DNA from: Blastocladiella emersonii ATCC 22665
Taxonomy: Eukaryota; Fungi; Blastocladiomycota
Assembly: GCA_025594325.1 (NCBI GenBank)
Contig: JANHCV010000005.1
Location: forward strand, 2,046,001-2,110,000
DNA: 64,000 nt
Direction: 5' to 3'
Shown here: in pieces, positions 34,351-49,125 of the stretch
How positions within the stretch are numbered: the stretch's first letter is position 1
Layout of the letters: every line of letters begins with the position of its first letter
Made by a program: the position numbers and the translations under genes
The notes under the pieces: generated by a model
The model's database searches: none
What the model was told of the DNA's origin: nothing
What the model saw: only the letters and a program-made list of their open reading frames with translations

Positions 34351-35602
34351 CCGCGCCGCCGCCTCTGTTGCCGCCGCGGCCGCCGCTAAACGACCAATCG
34401 AATCTTCTACTACACCACCAACACCACCACCACCACCCGCTACGCTTTCTCCTGTCCATGGCGAGGACCTCAGCACTCCCGGCTACGCCATGGTCGGCGA
34501 GTCCGTTGCTGGCGCGACGCGGTCCCTTGCCTCGTTCGGCCGTCGCCTCCTCGCCTCCATCTGGCGCGACCCCGCCGCTCTGTCTCGCCTCGCCGGCTGC
34601 GTTGTACGCGCCCGCGACGTCGCCTTCGCCTCCCGCTCACTCCAACTCGACCGCGACCTCGCTCGACCCGTCCTCGCGGCCATCACGTCCGTCGCCTCCC
34701 GATCCCTCTGGCGCGGCGCCTGGCTCTCTCACTCCGCTGGCTGCGCCGAGGCCGACCCACTCGATTCTTCTGAAGCTCCGCCGCGCGAGCCGCGTGAGCG
34801 GGCCCGCCGCCCATTTGGCCAGCCCATTGCCACACTCAAGTTCATCAACCGCCACCACTACTGCTCTCGCTGTCTGAGCTCGCTCCATTCCCACGTCCCC
34901 AACCCGTCTGGGCGTGAAGAAGACCCGCCAGTGTGCCCGCCGTCCACCGCGGCCCAAGCGGCTCTTGTTGCAGATCCCTCCGTCCGACTTTGGCTGCTCG
35001 GTTCCCCAAGGCACATTCGGTGATGTGACTAGACCAAGGATCGGCGCAGTCGACGCAAGTCCAGTAGCACCAGGTGTTTGCGCGCGGTACTGACCCATCC
35101 ACTTTCTCTCGTTCTGACGACGATGAAACGCATGATCCGCCACTGAATGGCGCTGACGCACAAAAGAAAACGAAGGAGAAAAACAAAAAGAAAAGAAACG
35201 CAAAAAGAAGAATGTCCGCACAAAAAGATGGAAAAACATCTGACGAACCTCACAGGCCATGCCCAAGACCACAGCACTGCCACTGGTCCATTGGCATGTC
35301 CTCGCGCTCTAGTTGGTCACGCCAGCTTGTCTCTCTGCTCGGTCTCTCTTTACTGCGTTTCGTTCGCTCTCTTAGCTCGCTGCTCGAGCTCGCTCTCTCT
35401 TCGCCTCGTTCGCCCATCTCTCTCGTACTCCCCTCTCCTCCCACAATTCTTCCCCCTATGCTCCTCGACGTGCACGGTCCGGGCTTGTCGTACTGCGGCT
35501 TGCCCACAAAAGGGCTGCTGCCCGTTGCACAGTGGATATTCTGCTTGCAGTTCACAACCGCTGTTAAGGAATAAATGCATTGGTTCCAAAAAAAAAAAGA
35601 AA
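34351..35602 (+). mobile_element. LINE copy B in unit 5
   Basis: Same TSD; tail A11. Confidence 0.9.
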
Positions 35603-35674
35603 CCCTCCACGAATCACAATATGCGCGCAATGAATTGACCGATGATATGGCCGTACCAAACCAGCCACGTAGAC

Positions 35675-36712
35675 AATTGTCATGGTAGTCGAACAAAACC
35701 ATATTCAAATCTTGGACTACCCGCTTGTCCAGCTAGCCAGGGACCCATAAATCACAGTATCGACCCAACTAAATATTTGACAGCAGAAATATAGTAAACC
35801 AACCTCGTACAAAATTGTCATGGTACTCAAACAAAACCATATTCAAAACCTTGACTTCCCGCATATCCAGCTGGCCAGGGACCCATAAATCACAGTATGG
35901 AACCAACAAAGTATCTGACAACAGAAATATGGTAAAACAGCTACGCGGATAATTGTCATGGTACTCAATCAAAACCATACTCAAACCTTTGCTTTCCTGC
36001 ATGTCCAGCTGGCCACTGACCCATAAATCACAGTATCGGACCAAGAAAATATCTGACCATGGAAATATAGTATACCAGCCACCTAGGTAATTGTCATGGC
36101 ACTCAAACAAAACCATAGTCAAGTCTTTGACTATCCACATGTCCAGCTGATTGAGGACCCATGAATCGTAACGTCAAAGCAACAATATATCTCACCATGG
36201 AAGTATAGTAAACCAGCCACTCTGGCAATTGTCATGGTACTCAAACAAAACCATACTCAAATCTATGACTTCCCACATGTCCAGCAGGTTGGACACCCAT
36301 AAATCACAGTATCAAACCAACAAAATATCAGACCACAGGAGTATATAAAAGCGACCACGTAGGTAATTGTCTTGGTACTCAAACAAAACCATATTCAAAT
36401 CTTTCAATTCCCGCTTGTCCAGCTAGCCAGGGACCCATAAATCACAGGATCACAGCAACAAAGTATCTGACAACAGAAATATGGTACACCAGCCACGTAG
36501 ATAATTGTCATGGTACTCAAACAAAACCATACTCAAATCTTCGAGTGCCCCATGTCCAGGTGGGCAAGGGCCTATAAATCACAGTATTGAACCAAGAAAA
36601 TACCTGACGATCGGGATGTATCAAACCCGCCACGCTGATACTTGTCGTGGTACTCAAACATAACCATACTCAGCCAAATCTTTGAATACCCTCACGTCCA
36701 GGTGGGCAAGGA
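35675..36712. repeat. 138-bp satellite 8-mer array
   Basis: Near-identical copy. Confidence 0.95.
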
Positions 36713-38501
36713 ACCAAAGCGCCAGATATTCAAATCTACCGCTTTGTGCACACTCCACTAGCCAACTCTTCGATCCACTAATTATGGAGCCCGTCGTCAA
36801 AGTACACTGTCCAATCAACTAAGTAAACAGCCAACCTGCCAGCCTGCCAGCCTGCCAGCCTGCCAGCCTGCCAGCCTGCCAGCCTGCCAGCCTGCCAGCC
36901 TGCCAGCCTGCCAACCTGCCAACCTGCCAACCTGCCGCCTTGCCTACCTGCTATCCGAACACCCACACCGCCTCGCAAGTCATTGGGGGCCCGCGCTCTC
37001 TGGTTGCCGTCCCAGCCAACAAAGGAATGAATGATGAGCCCTGGCAGCCTGGCAGCCTGCCACACTGACAGCCTGACTGACAGCGCCCACCCAGTAGATA
37101 TTATCTATCTCGTAGGTAGTCTGGGAGGACTTCGTTAGTCAATACACGACCAGTCTCCTCCTGGCTGCCGGCTCTGCTGTCCACTCCAAGTCCTGCATGA
37201 TGATGGGCCAAGGAGGGTTCCGAGCAGCTCCTCTGTCTACCCGCGTGAAACCACTCACCCGCTGACGGATGTATACCACGCACCGTTCAGCGCGCACAGC
37301 ACACAGCGCCCGACGCACCACGCGGTGCGCACACGGCGCAAACGGCCACCCTGGTGTCACACACACTCGCATGAACGGCAGGCATGCAAGGCGTCCGTCC
37401 TCAACTCAACAATGATTTATCATCCAGGCTTACTACTCGCTCCAACGGGTGCGCCTGCCTGCCCTCCCAGTGCCGTTGATTGATTGATGGGTGCGCCAGC
37501 CCCTGTTGCCAGCCACGTGGCAAGCAACACCTCAGCACCTGCGTCGCCCTGGCCACCGTCCGTACCTTGCAAACAGCGTAGCAGCCGTACTGCTTCACAG
37601 GGCTGCAGAGGGCTGGCTGCGGAGGGCTGAGGCGGCAGGGCTCCTCCTGCAGGAAGGAGACAGTGCTGGGGCCAAGGAGTGCTAGGGACGACAAACTGAA
37701 TGGTGAATGACCAGACCAACACACCACATGCTCCTGGCAGGAGTGCGTGTGGGCGTGCGGGCCCGTGTCCGTGCGTGCCTGTGTCTGTGCGTGCCTGGAT
37801 TAGACCTCCATCACAAGCGCCAAGTGACCAAGTGACCAAGTGACAAAGTGACCAAGGTGACCAAGGTGACCAAGGTGACCAAGGTGACCAGGGTGACCAA
37901 GGTGACCAAGTGACACACAAGCACCAAGCTAGGGTGGCCGGGCGGCCATGGACCGTACTGCATGGGTACCATTACCGTGGACTGGCCGCGGCCATTTATT
38001 GCAGCACAGCCCTGCCTGGCTCAGGACGCGGCGGGCGTGGGAGGCGGGCAGGGTAGATAGGTAGCAGCAGCAGGACCTGGCTAGCTGGCTGTCAAACAAC
38101 ACGAGTGAAGGGGTGCGTGAGGGAGGGTGTGTTGAACGAATGGATGGGTGGATGCAGGCAGACCTTCATACGTGTCGTGCGTGATGAGGATTGGTTGGCC
38201 ACCATCCACCAACGCCATGGCATGGCTGCGGGTGTCGCTGCGTGCGCCTTGGCGGGTGGTGGTGTTGGTGGGTGGTGTTGGTGGGTGCTGTGGTGGTAGT
38301 GGAGCTAAAGTGGTGTTGTGGGGCTCCTGGGGTCCCCTTCCCTTCCTGTCTGGCCTAGGTGGGTGGGTGGGCGGACGTAGCGCGCATGCGGGCGGGCAAG
38401 GTAGGAACGTTGCTCACGCAATGGATCATGTATTTTATGGAACGTAGTCTGCACAGCAGAGAGGGGGATGTCCGGCCCAATCGGACCCTCCACGAATCAC
38501 A

Positions 38502-39753
38502 CCGCGCCGCCGCCTCTGTTGCCGCCGCGGCCGCCGCTAAACGACCAATCGAATCTTCTACTACACCACCAACACCACCACCACCACCCGCTACGCTTTC
38601 TCCTGTCCATGGCGAGGACCTCAGCACTCCCGGCTACGCCATGGTCGGCGAGTCCGTTGCTGGCGCGACGCGGTCCCTTGCCTCGTTCGGCCGTCGCCTC
38701 CTCGCCTCCATCTGGCGCGACCCCGCCGCTCTGTCTCGCCTCGCCGGCTGCGTTGTACGCGCCCGCGACGTCGCCTTCGCCTCCCGCTCACTCCAACTCG
38801 ACCGCGACCTCGCTCGACCCGTCCTCGCGGCCATCACGTCCGTCGCCTCCCGATCCCTCTGGCGCGGCGCCTGGCTCTCTCACTCCGCTGGCTGCGCCGA
38901 GGCCGACCCACTCGATTCTTCTGAAGCTCCGCCGCGCGAGCCGCGTGAGCGGGCCCGCCGCCCATTTGGCCAGCCCATTGCCACACTCAAGTTCATCAAC
39001 CGCCACCACTACTGCTCTCGCTGTCTGAGCTCGCTCCATTCCCACGTCCCCAACCCGTCTGGGCGTGAAGAAGACCCGCCAGTGTGCCCGCCGTCCACCG
39101 CGGCCCAAGCGGCTCTTGTTGCAGATCCCTCCGTCCGACTTTGGCTGCTCGGTTCCCCAAGGCACATTCGGTGATGTGACTAGACCAAGGATCGGCGCAG
39201 TCGACGCAAGTCCAGTAGCACCAGGTGTTTGCGCGCGGTACTGACCCATCCACTTTCTCTCGTTCTGACGACGATGAAACGCATGATCCGCCACTGAATG
39301 GCGCTGACGCACAAAAGAAAACGAAGGAGAAAAACAAAAAGAAAAGAAACGCAAAAAGAAGAATGTCCGCACAAAAAGATGGAAAAACATCTGACGAACC
39401 TCACAGGCCATGCCCAAGACCACAGCACTGCCACTGGTCCATTGGCATGTCCTCGCGCTCTAGTTGGTCACGCCAGCTTGTCTCTCTGCTCGGTCTCTCT
39501 TTACTGCGTTTCGTTCGCTCTCTTAGCTCGCTGCTCGAGCTCGCTCTCTCTTCGCCTCGTTCGCCCATCTCTCTCGTACTCCCCTCTCCTCCCACAATTC
39601 TTCCCCCTATGCTCCTCGACGTGCACGGTCCGGGCTTGTCGTACTGCGGCTTGCCCACAAAAGGGCTGCTGCCCGTTGCACAGTGGATATTCTGCTTGCA
39701 GTTCACAACCGCTGTTAAGGAATAAATGCATTGGTTCCAAAAAAAAAAAGAAA
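38502..39753 (+). mobile_element. LINE copy B in unit 6
   Basis: Same TSD; tail A11. Confidence 0.9.
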
Positions 39754-39825
39754 CCCTCCACGAATCACAATATGCGCGCAATGAATTGACCGATGATATG
39801 GCCGTACCAAACCAGCCACGTAGAC

Positions 39826-40863
39826 AATTGTCATGGTAGTCGAACAAAACCATATTCAAATCTTGGACTACCCGCTTGTCCAGCTAGCCAGGGACCCATA
39901 AATCACAGTATCGACCCAACTAAATATTTGACAGCAGAAATATAGTAAACCAACCTCGTACAAAATTGTCATGGTACTCAAACAAAACCATATTCAAAAC
40001 CTTGACTTCCCGCATATCCAGCTGGCCAGGGACCCATAAATCACAGTATGGAACCAACAAAGTATCTGACAACAGAAATATGGTAAAACAGCTACGCGGA
40101 TAATTGTCATGGTACTCAATCAAAACCATACTCAAACCTTTGCTTTCCTGCATGTCCAGCTGGCCACTGACCCATAAATCACAGTATCGGACCAAGAAAA
40201 TATCTGACCATGGAAATATAGTATACCAGCCACCTAGGTAATTGTCATGGCACTCAAACAAAACCATAGTCAAGTCTTTGACTATCCACATGTCCAGCTG
40301 ATTGAGGACCCATGAATCGTAACGTCAAAGCAACAATATATCTCACCATGGAAGTATAGTAAACCAGCCACTCTGGCAATTGTCATGGTACTCAAACAAA
40401 ACCATACTCAAATCTATGACTTCCCACATGTCCAGCAGGTTGGACACCCATAAATCACAGTATCAAACCAACAAAATATCAGACCACAGGAGTATATAAA
40501 AGCGACCACGTAGGTAATTGTCTTGGTACTCAAACAAAACCATATTCAAATCTTTCAATTCCCGCTTGTCCAGCTAGCCAGGGACCCATAAATCACAGGA
40601 TCACAGCAACAAAGTATCTGACAACAGAAATATGGTACACCAGCCACGTAGATAATTGTCATGGTACTCAAACAAAACCATACTCAAATCTTCGAGTGCC
40701 CCATGTCCAGGTGGGCAAGGGCCTATAAATCACAGTATTGAACCAAGAAAATACCTGACGATCGGGATGTATCAAACCCGCCACGCTGATAATTGTCGTG
40801 GTACTCAAACATAACCATACTCAGCCAAATCTTTGAATACCCTCACGTCCAGGTGGGCAAGGA
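39826..40863. repeat. 138-bp satellite 8-mer array
   Basis: Near-identical copy. Confidence 0.95.
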
Positions 40864-42652
40864 ACCAAAGCGCCAGATATTCAAATCTACCGCTTTGTGC
40901 ACACTCCACTAGCCAACTCTTCGATCCACTAATTATGGAGCCCGTCGTCAAAGTACACTGTCCAATCAACTAAGTAAACAGCCAACCTGCCAGCCTGCCA
41001 GCCTGCCAGCCTGCCAGCCTGCCAGCCTGCCAGCCTGCCAGCCTGCCAGCCTGCCAGCCTGCCAACCTGCCAACCTGCCAACCTGCCGCCTTGCCTACCT
41101 GCTATCCGAACACCCACACCGCCTCGCAAGTCATTGGGGGCCCGCGCTCTCTGGTTGCCGTCCCAGCCAACAAAGGAATGAATGATGAGCCCTGGCAGCC
41201 TGGCAGCCTGCCACACTGACAGCCTGACTGACAGCGCCCACCCAGTAGATATTATCTATCTCGTAGGTAGTCTGGGAGGACTTCGTTAGTCAATACACGA
41301 CCAGTCTCCTCCTGGCTGCCGGCTCTGCTGTCCACTCCAAGTCCTGCATGATGATGGGCCAAGGAGGGTTCCGAGCAGCTCCTCTGTCTACCCGCGTGAA
41401 ACCACTCACCCGCTGACGGATGTATACCACGCACCGTGCAGCGCGCACAGCACACAGCGCCCGACGCACCACGCGGTGCGCACACGGCGCAAACGGCCAC
41501 CCTGGTGTCACACACACTCGCATGAACGGCAGGCATGCAAGGCGTCCGTCCTCAACTCAACAATGATTTATCATCCAGGCTTACTACTCGCTCCAACGGG
41601 TGCGCCTGCCTGCCCTCCCAGTGCCGTTGATTGATTGATGGGTGCGCCAGCCCCTGTTGCCAGCCACGTGGCAAGCAACACCTCAGCACCTGCGTCGCCC
41701 TGGCCACCGTCCGTACCTTGCAAACAGCGTAGCAGCCGTACTGCTTCACAGGGCTGCAGAGGGCTGGCTGCGGAGGGCTGAGGCGGCAGGGCTCCTCCTG
41801 CAGGAAGGAGACAGTGCTGGGGCCAAGGAGTGCTAGGGACGACAAACTGAATGGTGAATGACCAGACCAACACACCACATGCTCCTGGCAGGAGTGCGTG
41901 TGGGCGTGCGGGCCCGTGTCCGTGCGTGCCTGTGTCTGTGCGTGCCTGGATTAGACCTCCATCACAAGCGCCAAGTGACCAAGTGACCAAGTGACAAAGT
42001 GACCAAGGTGACCAAGGTGACCAAGGTGACCAAGGTGACCAGGGTGACCAAGGTGACCAAGTGACACACAAGCACCAAGCTAGGGTGGCCGGGCGGCCAT
42101 GGACCGTACTGCATGGGTACCATTACCGTGGACTGGCCGCGGCCATTTATTGCAGCACAGCCCTGCCTGGCTCAGGACGCGGCGGGCGTGGGAGGCGGGC
42201 AGGGTAGATAGGTAGCAGCAGCAGGACCTGGCTAGCTGGCTGTCAAACAACACGAGTGAAGGGGTGCGTGAGGGAGGGTGTGTTGAACGAATGGATGGGT
42301 GGATGCAGGCAGACCTTCATACGTGTCGTGCGTGATGAGGATTGGTTGGCCACCATCCACCAACGCCATGGCATGGCTGCGGGTGTCGCTGCGTGCGCCT
42401 TGGCGGGTGGTGGTGTTGGTGGGTGGTGTTGGTGGGTGCTGTGGTGGTAGTGGAGCTAAAGTGGTGTTGTGGGGCTCCTGGGGTCCCCTTCCCTTCCTGT
42501 CTGGCCTAGGTGGGTGGGTGGGCGGACGTAGCGCGCATGCGGGCGGGCAAGGTAGGAACGTTGCTCACGCAATGGATCATGTATTTTATGGAACGTAGTC
42601 TGCACAGCAGAGAGGGGGATGTCCGGCCCAATCGGACCCTCCACGAATCACA

Positions 42653-43904
42653 CCGCGCCGCCGCCTCTGTTGCCGCCGCGGCCGCCGCTAAACGACCAAT
42701 CGAATCTTCTACTACACCACCAACACCACCACCACCACCCGCTACGCTTTCTCCTGTCCATGGCGAGGACCTCAGCACTCCCGGCTACGCCATGGTCGGC
42801 GAGTCCGTTGCTGGCGCGACGCGGTCCCTTGCCTCGTTCGGCCGTCGCCTCCTCGCCTCCATCTGGCGCGACCCCGCCGCTCTGTCTCGCCTCGCCGGCT
42901 GCGTTGTACGCGCCCGCGACGTCGCCTTCGCCTCCCGCTCACTCCAACTCGACCGCGACCTCGCTCGACCCGTCCTCGCGGCCATCACGTCCGTCGCCTC
43001 CCGATCCCTCTGGCGCGGCGCCTGGCTCTCTCACTCCGCTGGCTGCGCCGAGGCCGACCCACTCGATTCTTCTGAAGCTCCGCCGCGCGAGCCGCGTGAG
43101 CGGGCCCGCCGCCCATTTGGCCAGCCCATTGCCACACTCAAGTTCATCAACCGCCACCACTACTGCTCTCGCTGTCTGAGCTCGCTCCATTCCCACGTCC
43201 CCAACCCGTCTGGGCGTGAAGAAGACCCGCCAGTGTGCCCGCCGTCCACCGCGGCCCAAGCGGCTCTTGTTGCAGATCCCTCCGTCCGACTTTGGCTGCT
43301 CGGTTCCCCAAGGCACATTCGGTGATGTGACTAGACCAAGGATCGGCGCAGTCGACGCAAGTCCAGTAGCACCAGGTGTTTGCGCGCGGTACTGACCCAT
43401 CCACTTTCTCTCGTTCTGACGACGATGAAACGCATGATCCGCCACTGAATGGCGCTGACGCACAAAAGAAAACGAAGGAGAAAAACAAAAAGAAAAGAAA
43501 CGCAAAAAGAAGAATGTCCGCACAAAAAGATGGAAAAACATCTGACGAACCTCACAGGCCATGCCCAAGACCACAGCACTGCCACTGGTCCATTGGCATG
43601 TCCTCGCGCTCTAGTTGGTCACGCCAGCTTGTCTCTCTGCTCGGTCTCTCTTTACTGCGTTTCGTTCGCTCTCTTAGCTCGCTGCTCGAGCTCGCTCTCT
43701 CTTCGCCTCGTTCGCCCATCTCTCTCGTACTCCCCTCTCCTCCCACAATTCTTCCCCCTATGCTCCTCGACGTGCACGGTCCGGGCTTGTCGTACTGCGG
43801 CTTGCCCACAAAAGGGCTGCTGCCCGTTGCACAGTGGATATTCTGCTTGCAGTTCACAACCGCTGTTAAGGAATAAATGCATTGGTTCCAAAAAAAAAAA
43901 GAAA
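42653..43904 (+). mobile_element. LINE copy B in unit 7
   Basis: Same TSD; tail A11. Confidence 0.9.
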
Positions 43905-43976
43905 CCCTCCACGAATCACAATATGCGCGCAATGAATTGACCGATGATATGGCCGTACCAAACCAGCCACGTAGAC

Positions 43977-45014
43977 AATTGTCATGGTAGTCGAACAAAA
44001 CCATATTCAAATCTTGGACTACCCGCTTGTCCAGCTAGCCAGGGACCCATAAATCACAGTATCGACCCAACTAAATATTTGACAGCAGAAATATAGTAAA
44101 CCAACCTCGTACAAAATTGTCATGGTACTCAAACAAAACCATATTCAAAACCTTGACTTCCCGCATATCCAGCTGGCCAGGGACCCATAAATCACAGTAT
44201 GGAACCAACAAAGTATCTGACAACAGAAATATGGTAAAACAGCTACGCGGATAATTGTCATGGTACTCAATCAAAACCATACTCAAACCTTTGCTTTCCT
44301 GCATGTCCAGCTGGCCACTGACCCATAAATCACAGTATCGGACCAAGAAAATATCTGACCATGGAAATATAGTATACCAGCCACCTAGGTAATTGTCATG
44401 GCACTCAAACAAAACCATAGTCAAGTCTTTGACTATCCACATGTCCAGCTGATTGAGGACCCATGAATCGTAACGTCAAAGCAACAATATATCTCACCAT
44501 GGAAGTATAGTAAACCAGCCACTCTGGCAATTGTCATGGTACTCAAACAAAACCATACTCAAATCTATGACTTCCCACATGTCCAGCAGGTTGGACACCC
44601 ATAAATCACAGTATCAAACCAACAAAATATCAGACCACAGGAGTATATAAAAGCGACCACGTAGGTAATTGTCTTGGTACTCAAACAAAACCATATTCAA
44701 ATCTTTCAATTCCCGCTTGTCCAGCTAGCCAGGGACCCATAAATCACAGGATCACAGCAACAAAGTATCTGACAACAGAAATATGGTACACCAGCCACGT
44801 AGATAATTGTCATGGTACTCAAACAAAACCATACTCAAATCTTCGAGTGCCCCATGTCCAGGTGGGCAAGGGCCTATAAATCACAGTATTGAACCAAGAA
44901 AATACCTGACGATCGGGATGTATCAAACCCGCCACGCTGATACTTGTCGTGGTACTCAAACATAACCATACTCAGCCAAATCTTTGAATACCCTCACGTC
45001 CAGGTGGGCAAGGA
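43977..45014. repeat. 138-bp satellite 8-mer array
   Basis: Near-identical copy. Confidence 0.95.
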
Positions 45015-46763
45015 ACCAAAGCGCCAGATATTCAAATCTACCGCTTTGTGCACACTCCACTAGCCAACTCTTCGATCCACTAATTATGGAGCCCGTCGTC
45101 AAAGTACACTGTCCAATCAACTAAGTAAACAGCCAACCTGCCAGCCTGCCAGCCTGCCAGCCTGCCAGCCTGCCAACCTGCCAACCTGCCAACCTGCCGC
45201 CTTGCCTACCTGCTATCCGAACACCCACACCGCCTCGCAAGTCATTGGGGGCCCGCGCTCTCTGGTTGCCGTCCCAGCCAACAAAGGAATGAATGATGAG
45301 CCCTGGCAGCCTGGCAGCCTGCCACACTGACAGCCTGACTGACAGCGCCCACCCAGTAGATATTATCTATCTCGTAGGTAGTCTGGGAGGACTTCGTTAG
45401 TCAATACACGACCAGTCTCCTCCTGGCTGCCGGCTCTGCTGTCCACTCCAAGTCCTGCATGATGATGGGCCAAGGAGGGTTCCGAGCAGCTCCTCTGTCT
45501 ACCCGCGTGAAACCACTCACCCGCTGACGGATGTATACCACGCACCGTGCAGCGCGCACAGCACACAGCGCCCGACGCACCACGCGGTGCGCACACGGCG
45601 CAAACGGCCACCCTGGTGTCACACACACTCGCATGAACGGCAGGCATGCAAGGCGTCCGTCCTCAACTCAACAATGATTTATCATCCAGGCTTACTACTC
45701 GCTCCAACGGGTGCGCCTGCCTGCCCTCCCAGTGCCGTTGATTGATTGATGGGTGCGCCAGCCCCTGTTGCCAGCCACGTGGCAAGCAACACCTCAGCAC
45801 CTGCGTCGCCCTGGCCACCGTCCGTACCTTGCAAACAGCGTAGCAGCCGTACTGCTTCACAGGGCTGCAGAGGGCTGGCTGCGGAGGGCTGAGGCGGCAG
45901 GGCTCCTCCTGCAGGAAGGAGACAGTGCTGGGGCCAAGGAGTGCTAGGGACGACAAACTGAATGGTGAATGACCAGACCAACACACCACATGCTCCTGGC
46001 AGGAGTGCGTGTGGGCGTGCGGGCCCGTGTCCGTGCGTGCCTGTGTCTGTGCGTGCCTGGATTAGACCTCCATCACAAGCGCCAAGTGACCAAGTGACCA
46101 AGTGACAAAGTGACCAAGGTGACCAAGGTGACCAAGGTGACCAAGGTGACCAGGGTGACCAAGGTGACCAAGTGACACACAAGCACCAAGCTAGGGTGGC
46201 CGGGCGGCCATGGACCGTACTGCATGGGTACCATTACCGTGGACTGGCCGCGGCCATTTATTGCAGCACAGCCCTGCCTGGCTCAGGACGCGGCGGGCGT
46301 GGGAGGCGGGCAGGGTAGATAGGTAGCAGCAGCAGGACCTGGCTAGCTGGCTGTCAAACAACACGAGTGAAGGGGTGCGTGAGGGAGGGTGTGTTGAACG
46401 AATGGATGGGTGGATGCAGGCAGACCTTCATACGTGTCGTGCGTGATGAGGATTGGTTGGCCACCATCCACCAACGCCATGGCATGGCTGCGGGTGTCGC
46501 TGCGTGCGCCTTGGCGGGTGGTGGTGTTGGTGGGTGGTGTTGGTGGGTGCTGTGGTGGTAGTGGAGCTAAAGTGGTGTTGTGGGGCTCCTGGGGTCCCCT
46601 TCCCTTCCTGTCTGGCCTAGGTGGGTGGGTGGGCGGACGTAGCGCGCATGCGGGCGGGCAAGGTAGGAACGTTGCTCACGCAATGGATCATGTATTTTAT
46701 GGAACGTAGTCTGCACAGCAGAGAGGGGGATGTCCGGCCCAATCGGACCCTCCACGAATCACA

Positions 46764-48015
46764 CCGCGCCGCCGCCTCTGTTGCCGCCGCGGCCGCCGCT
46801 AAACGACCAATCGAATCTTCTACTACACCACCAACACCACCACCACCACCCGCTACGCTTTCTCCTGTCCATGGCGAGGACCTCAGCACTCCCGGCTACG
46901 CCATGGTCGGCGAGTCCGTTGCTGGCGCGACGCGGTCCCTTGCCTCGTTCGGCCGTCGCCTCCTCGCCTCCATCTGGCGCGACCCCGCCGCTCTGTCTCG
47001 CCTCGCCGGCTGCGTTGTACGCGCCCGCGACGTCGCCTTCGCCTCCCGCTCACTCCAACTCGACCGCGACCTCGCTCGACCCGTCCTCGCGGCCATCACG
47101 TCCGTCGCCTCCCGATCCCTCTGGCGCGGCGCCTGGCTCTCTCACTCCGCTGGCTGCGCCGAGGCCGACCCACTCGATTCTTCTGAAGCTCCGCCGCGCG
47201 AGCCGCGTGAGCGGGCCCGCCGCCCATTTGGCCAGCCCATTGCCACACTCAAGTTCATCAACCGCCACCACTACTGCTCTCGCTGTCTGAGCTCGCTCCA
47301 TTCCCACGTCCCCAACCCGTCTGGGCGTGAAGAAGACCCGCCAGTGTGCCCGCCGTCCACCGCGGCCCAAGCGGCTCTTGTTGCAGATCCCTCCGTCCGA
47401 CTTTGGCTGCTCGGTTCCCCAAGGCACATTCGGTGATGTGACTAGACCAAGGATCGGCGCAGTCGACGCAAGTCCAGTAGCACCAGGTGTTTGCGCGCGG
47501 TACTGACCCATCCACTTTCTCTCGTTCTGACGACGATGAAACGCATGATCCGCCACTGAATGGCGCTGACGCACAAAAGAAAACGAAGGAGAAAAACAAA
47601 AAGAAAAGAAACGCAAAAAGAAGAATGTCCGCACAAAAAGATGGAAAAACATCTGACGAACCTCACAGGCCATGCCCAAGACCACAGCACTGCCACTGGT
47701 CCATTGGCATGTCCTCGCGCTCTAGTTGGTCACGCCAGCTTGTCTCTCTGCTCGGTCTCTCTTTACTGCGTTTCGTTCGCTCTCTTAGCTCGCTGCTCGA
47801 GCTCGCTCTCTCTTCGCCTCGTTCGCCCATCTCTCTCGTACTCCCCTCTCCTCCCACAATTCTTCCCCCTATGCTCCTCGACGTGCACGGTCCGGGCTTG
47901 TCGTACTGCGGCTTGCCCACAAAAGGGCTGCTGCCCGTTGCACAGTGGATATTCTGCTTGCAGTTCACAACCGCTGTTAAGGAATAAATGCATTGGTTCC
48001 AAAAAAAAAAAGAAA
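46764..48015 (+). mobile_element. LINE copy B in unit 8
   Basis: Same TSD; tail A11. Confidence 0.9.
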
Positions 48016-48087
48016 CCCTCCACGAATCACAATATGCGCGCAATGAATTGACCGATGATATGGCCGTACCAAACCAGCCACGTAGAC

Positions 48088-49125
48088 AATTGTCATGGTA
48101 GTCGAACAAAACCATATTCAAATCTTGGACTACCCGCTTGTCCAGCTAGCCAGGGACCCATAAATCACAGTATCGACCCAACTAAATATTTGACAGCAGA
48201 AATATAGTAAACCAACCTCGTACAAAATTGTCATGGTACTCAAACAAAACCATATTCAAAACCTTGACTTCCCGCATATCCAGCTGGCCAGGGACCCATA
48301 AATCACAGTATGGAACCAACAAAGTATCTGACAACAGAAATATGGTAAAACAGCTACGCGGATAATTGTCATGGTACTCAATCAAAACCATACTCAAACC
48401 TTTGCTTTCCTGCATGTCCAGCTGGCCACTGACCCATAAATCACAGTATCGGACCAAGAAAATATCTGACCATGGAAATATAGTATACCAGCCACCTAGG
48501 TAATTGTCATGGCACTCAAACAAAACCATAGTCAAGTCTTTGACTATCCACATGTCCAGCTGATTGAGGACCCATGAATCGTAACGTCAAAGCAACAATA
48601 TATCTCACCATGGAAGTATAGTAAACCAGCCACTCTGGCAATTGTCATGGTACTCAAACAAAACCATACTCAAATCTATGACTTCCCACATGTCCAGCAG
48701 GTTGGACACCCATAAATCACAGTATCAAACCAACGAAATATCAGACCACAGGAGTATATAAAAGCGACCACGTAGGTAATTGTCTTGGTACTCAAACAAA
48801 ACCATATTCAAATCTTTCAATTCCCGCTTGTCCAGCTAGCCAGGGACCCATAAATCACAGGATCACAGCAACAAAGTATCTGACAACAGAAATATGGTAC
48901 ACCAGCCACGTAGATAATTGTCATGGTACTCAAACAAAACCATACTCAAATCTTCGAGTGCCCCATGTCCAGGTGGGCAAGGGCCTATAAATCACAGTAT
49001 TGAACCAAGAAAATACCTGACGATCGGGATGTATCAAACCCGCCACGCTGATACTTGTCGTGGTACTCAAACATAACCATACTCAGCCAAATCTTTGAAT
49101 ACCCTCACGTCCAGGTGGGCAAGGA
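48088..49125. repeat. 138-bp satellite 8-mer array
   Basis: Near-identical copy; private variant G48735. Confidence 0.95.
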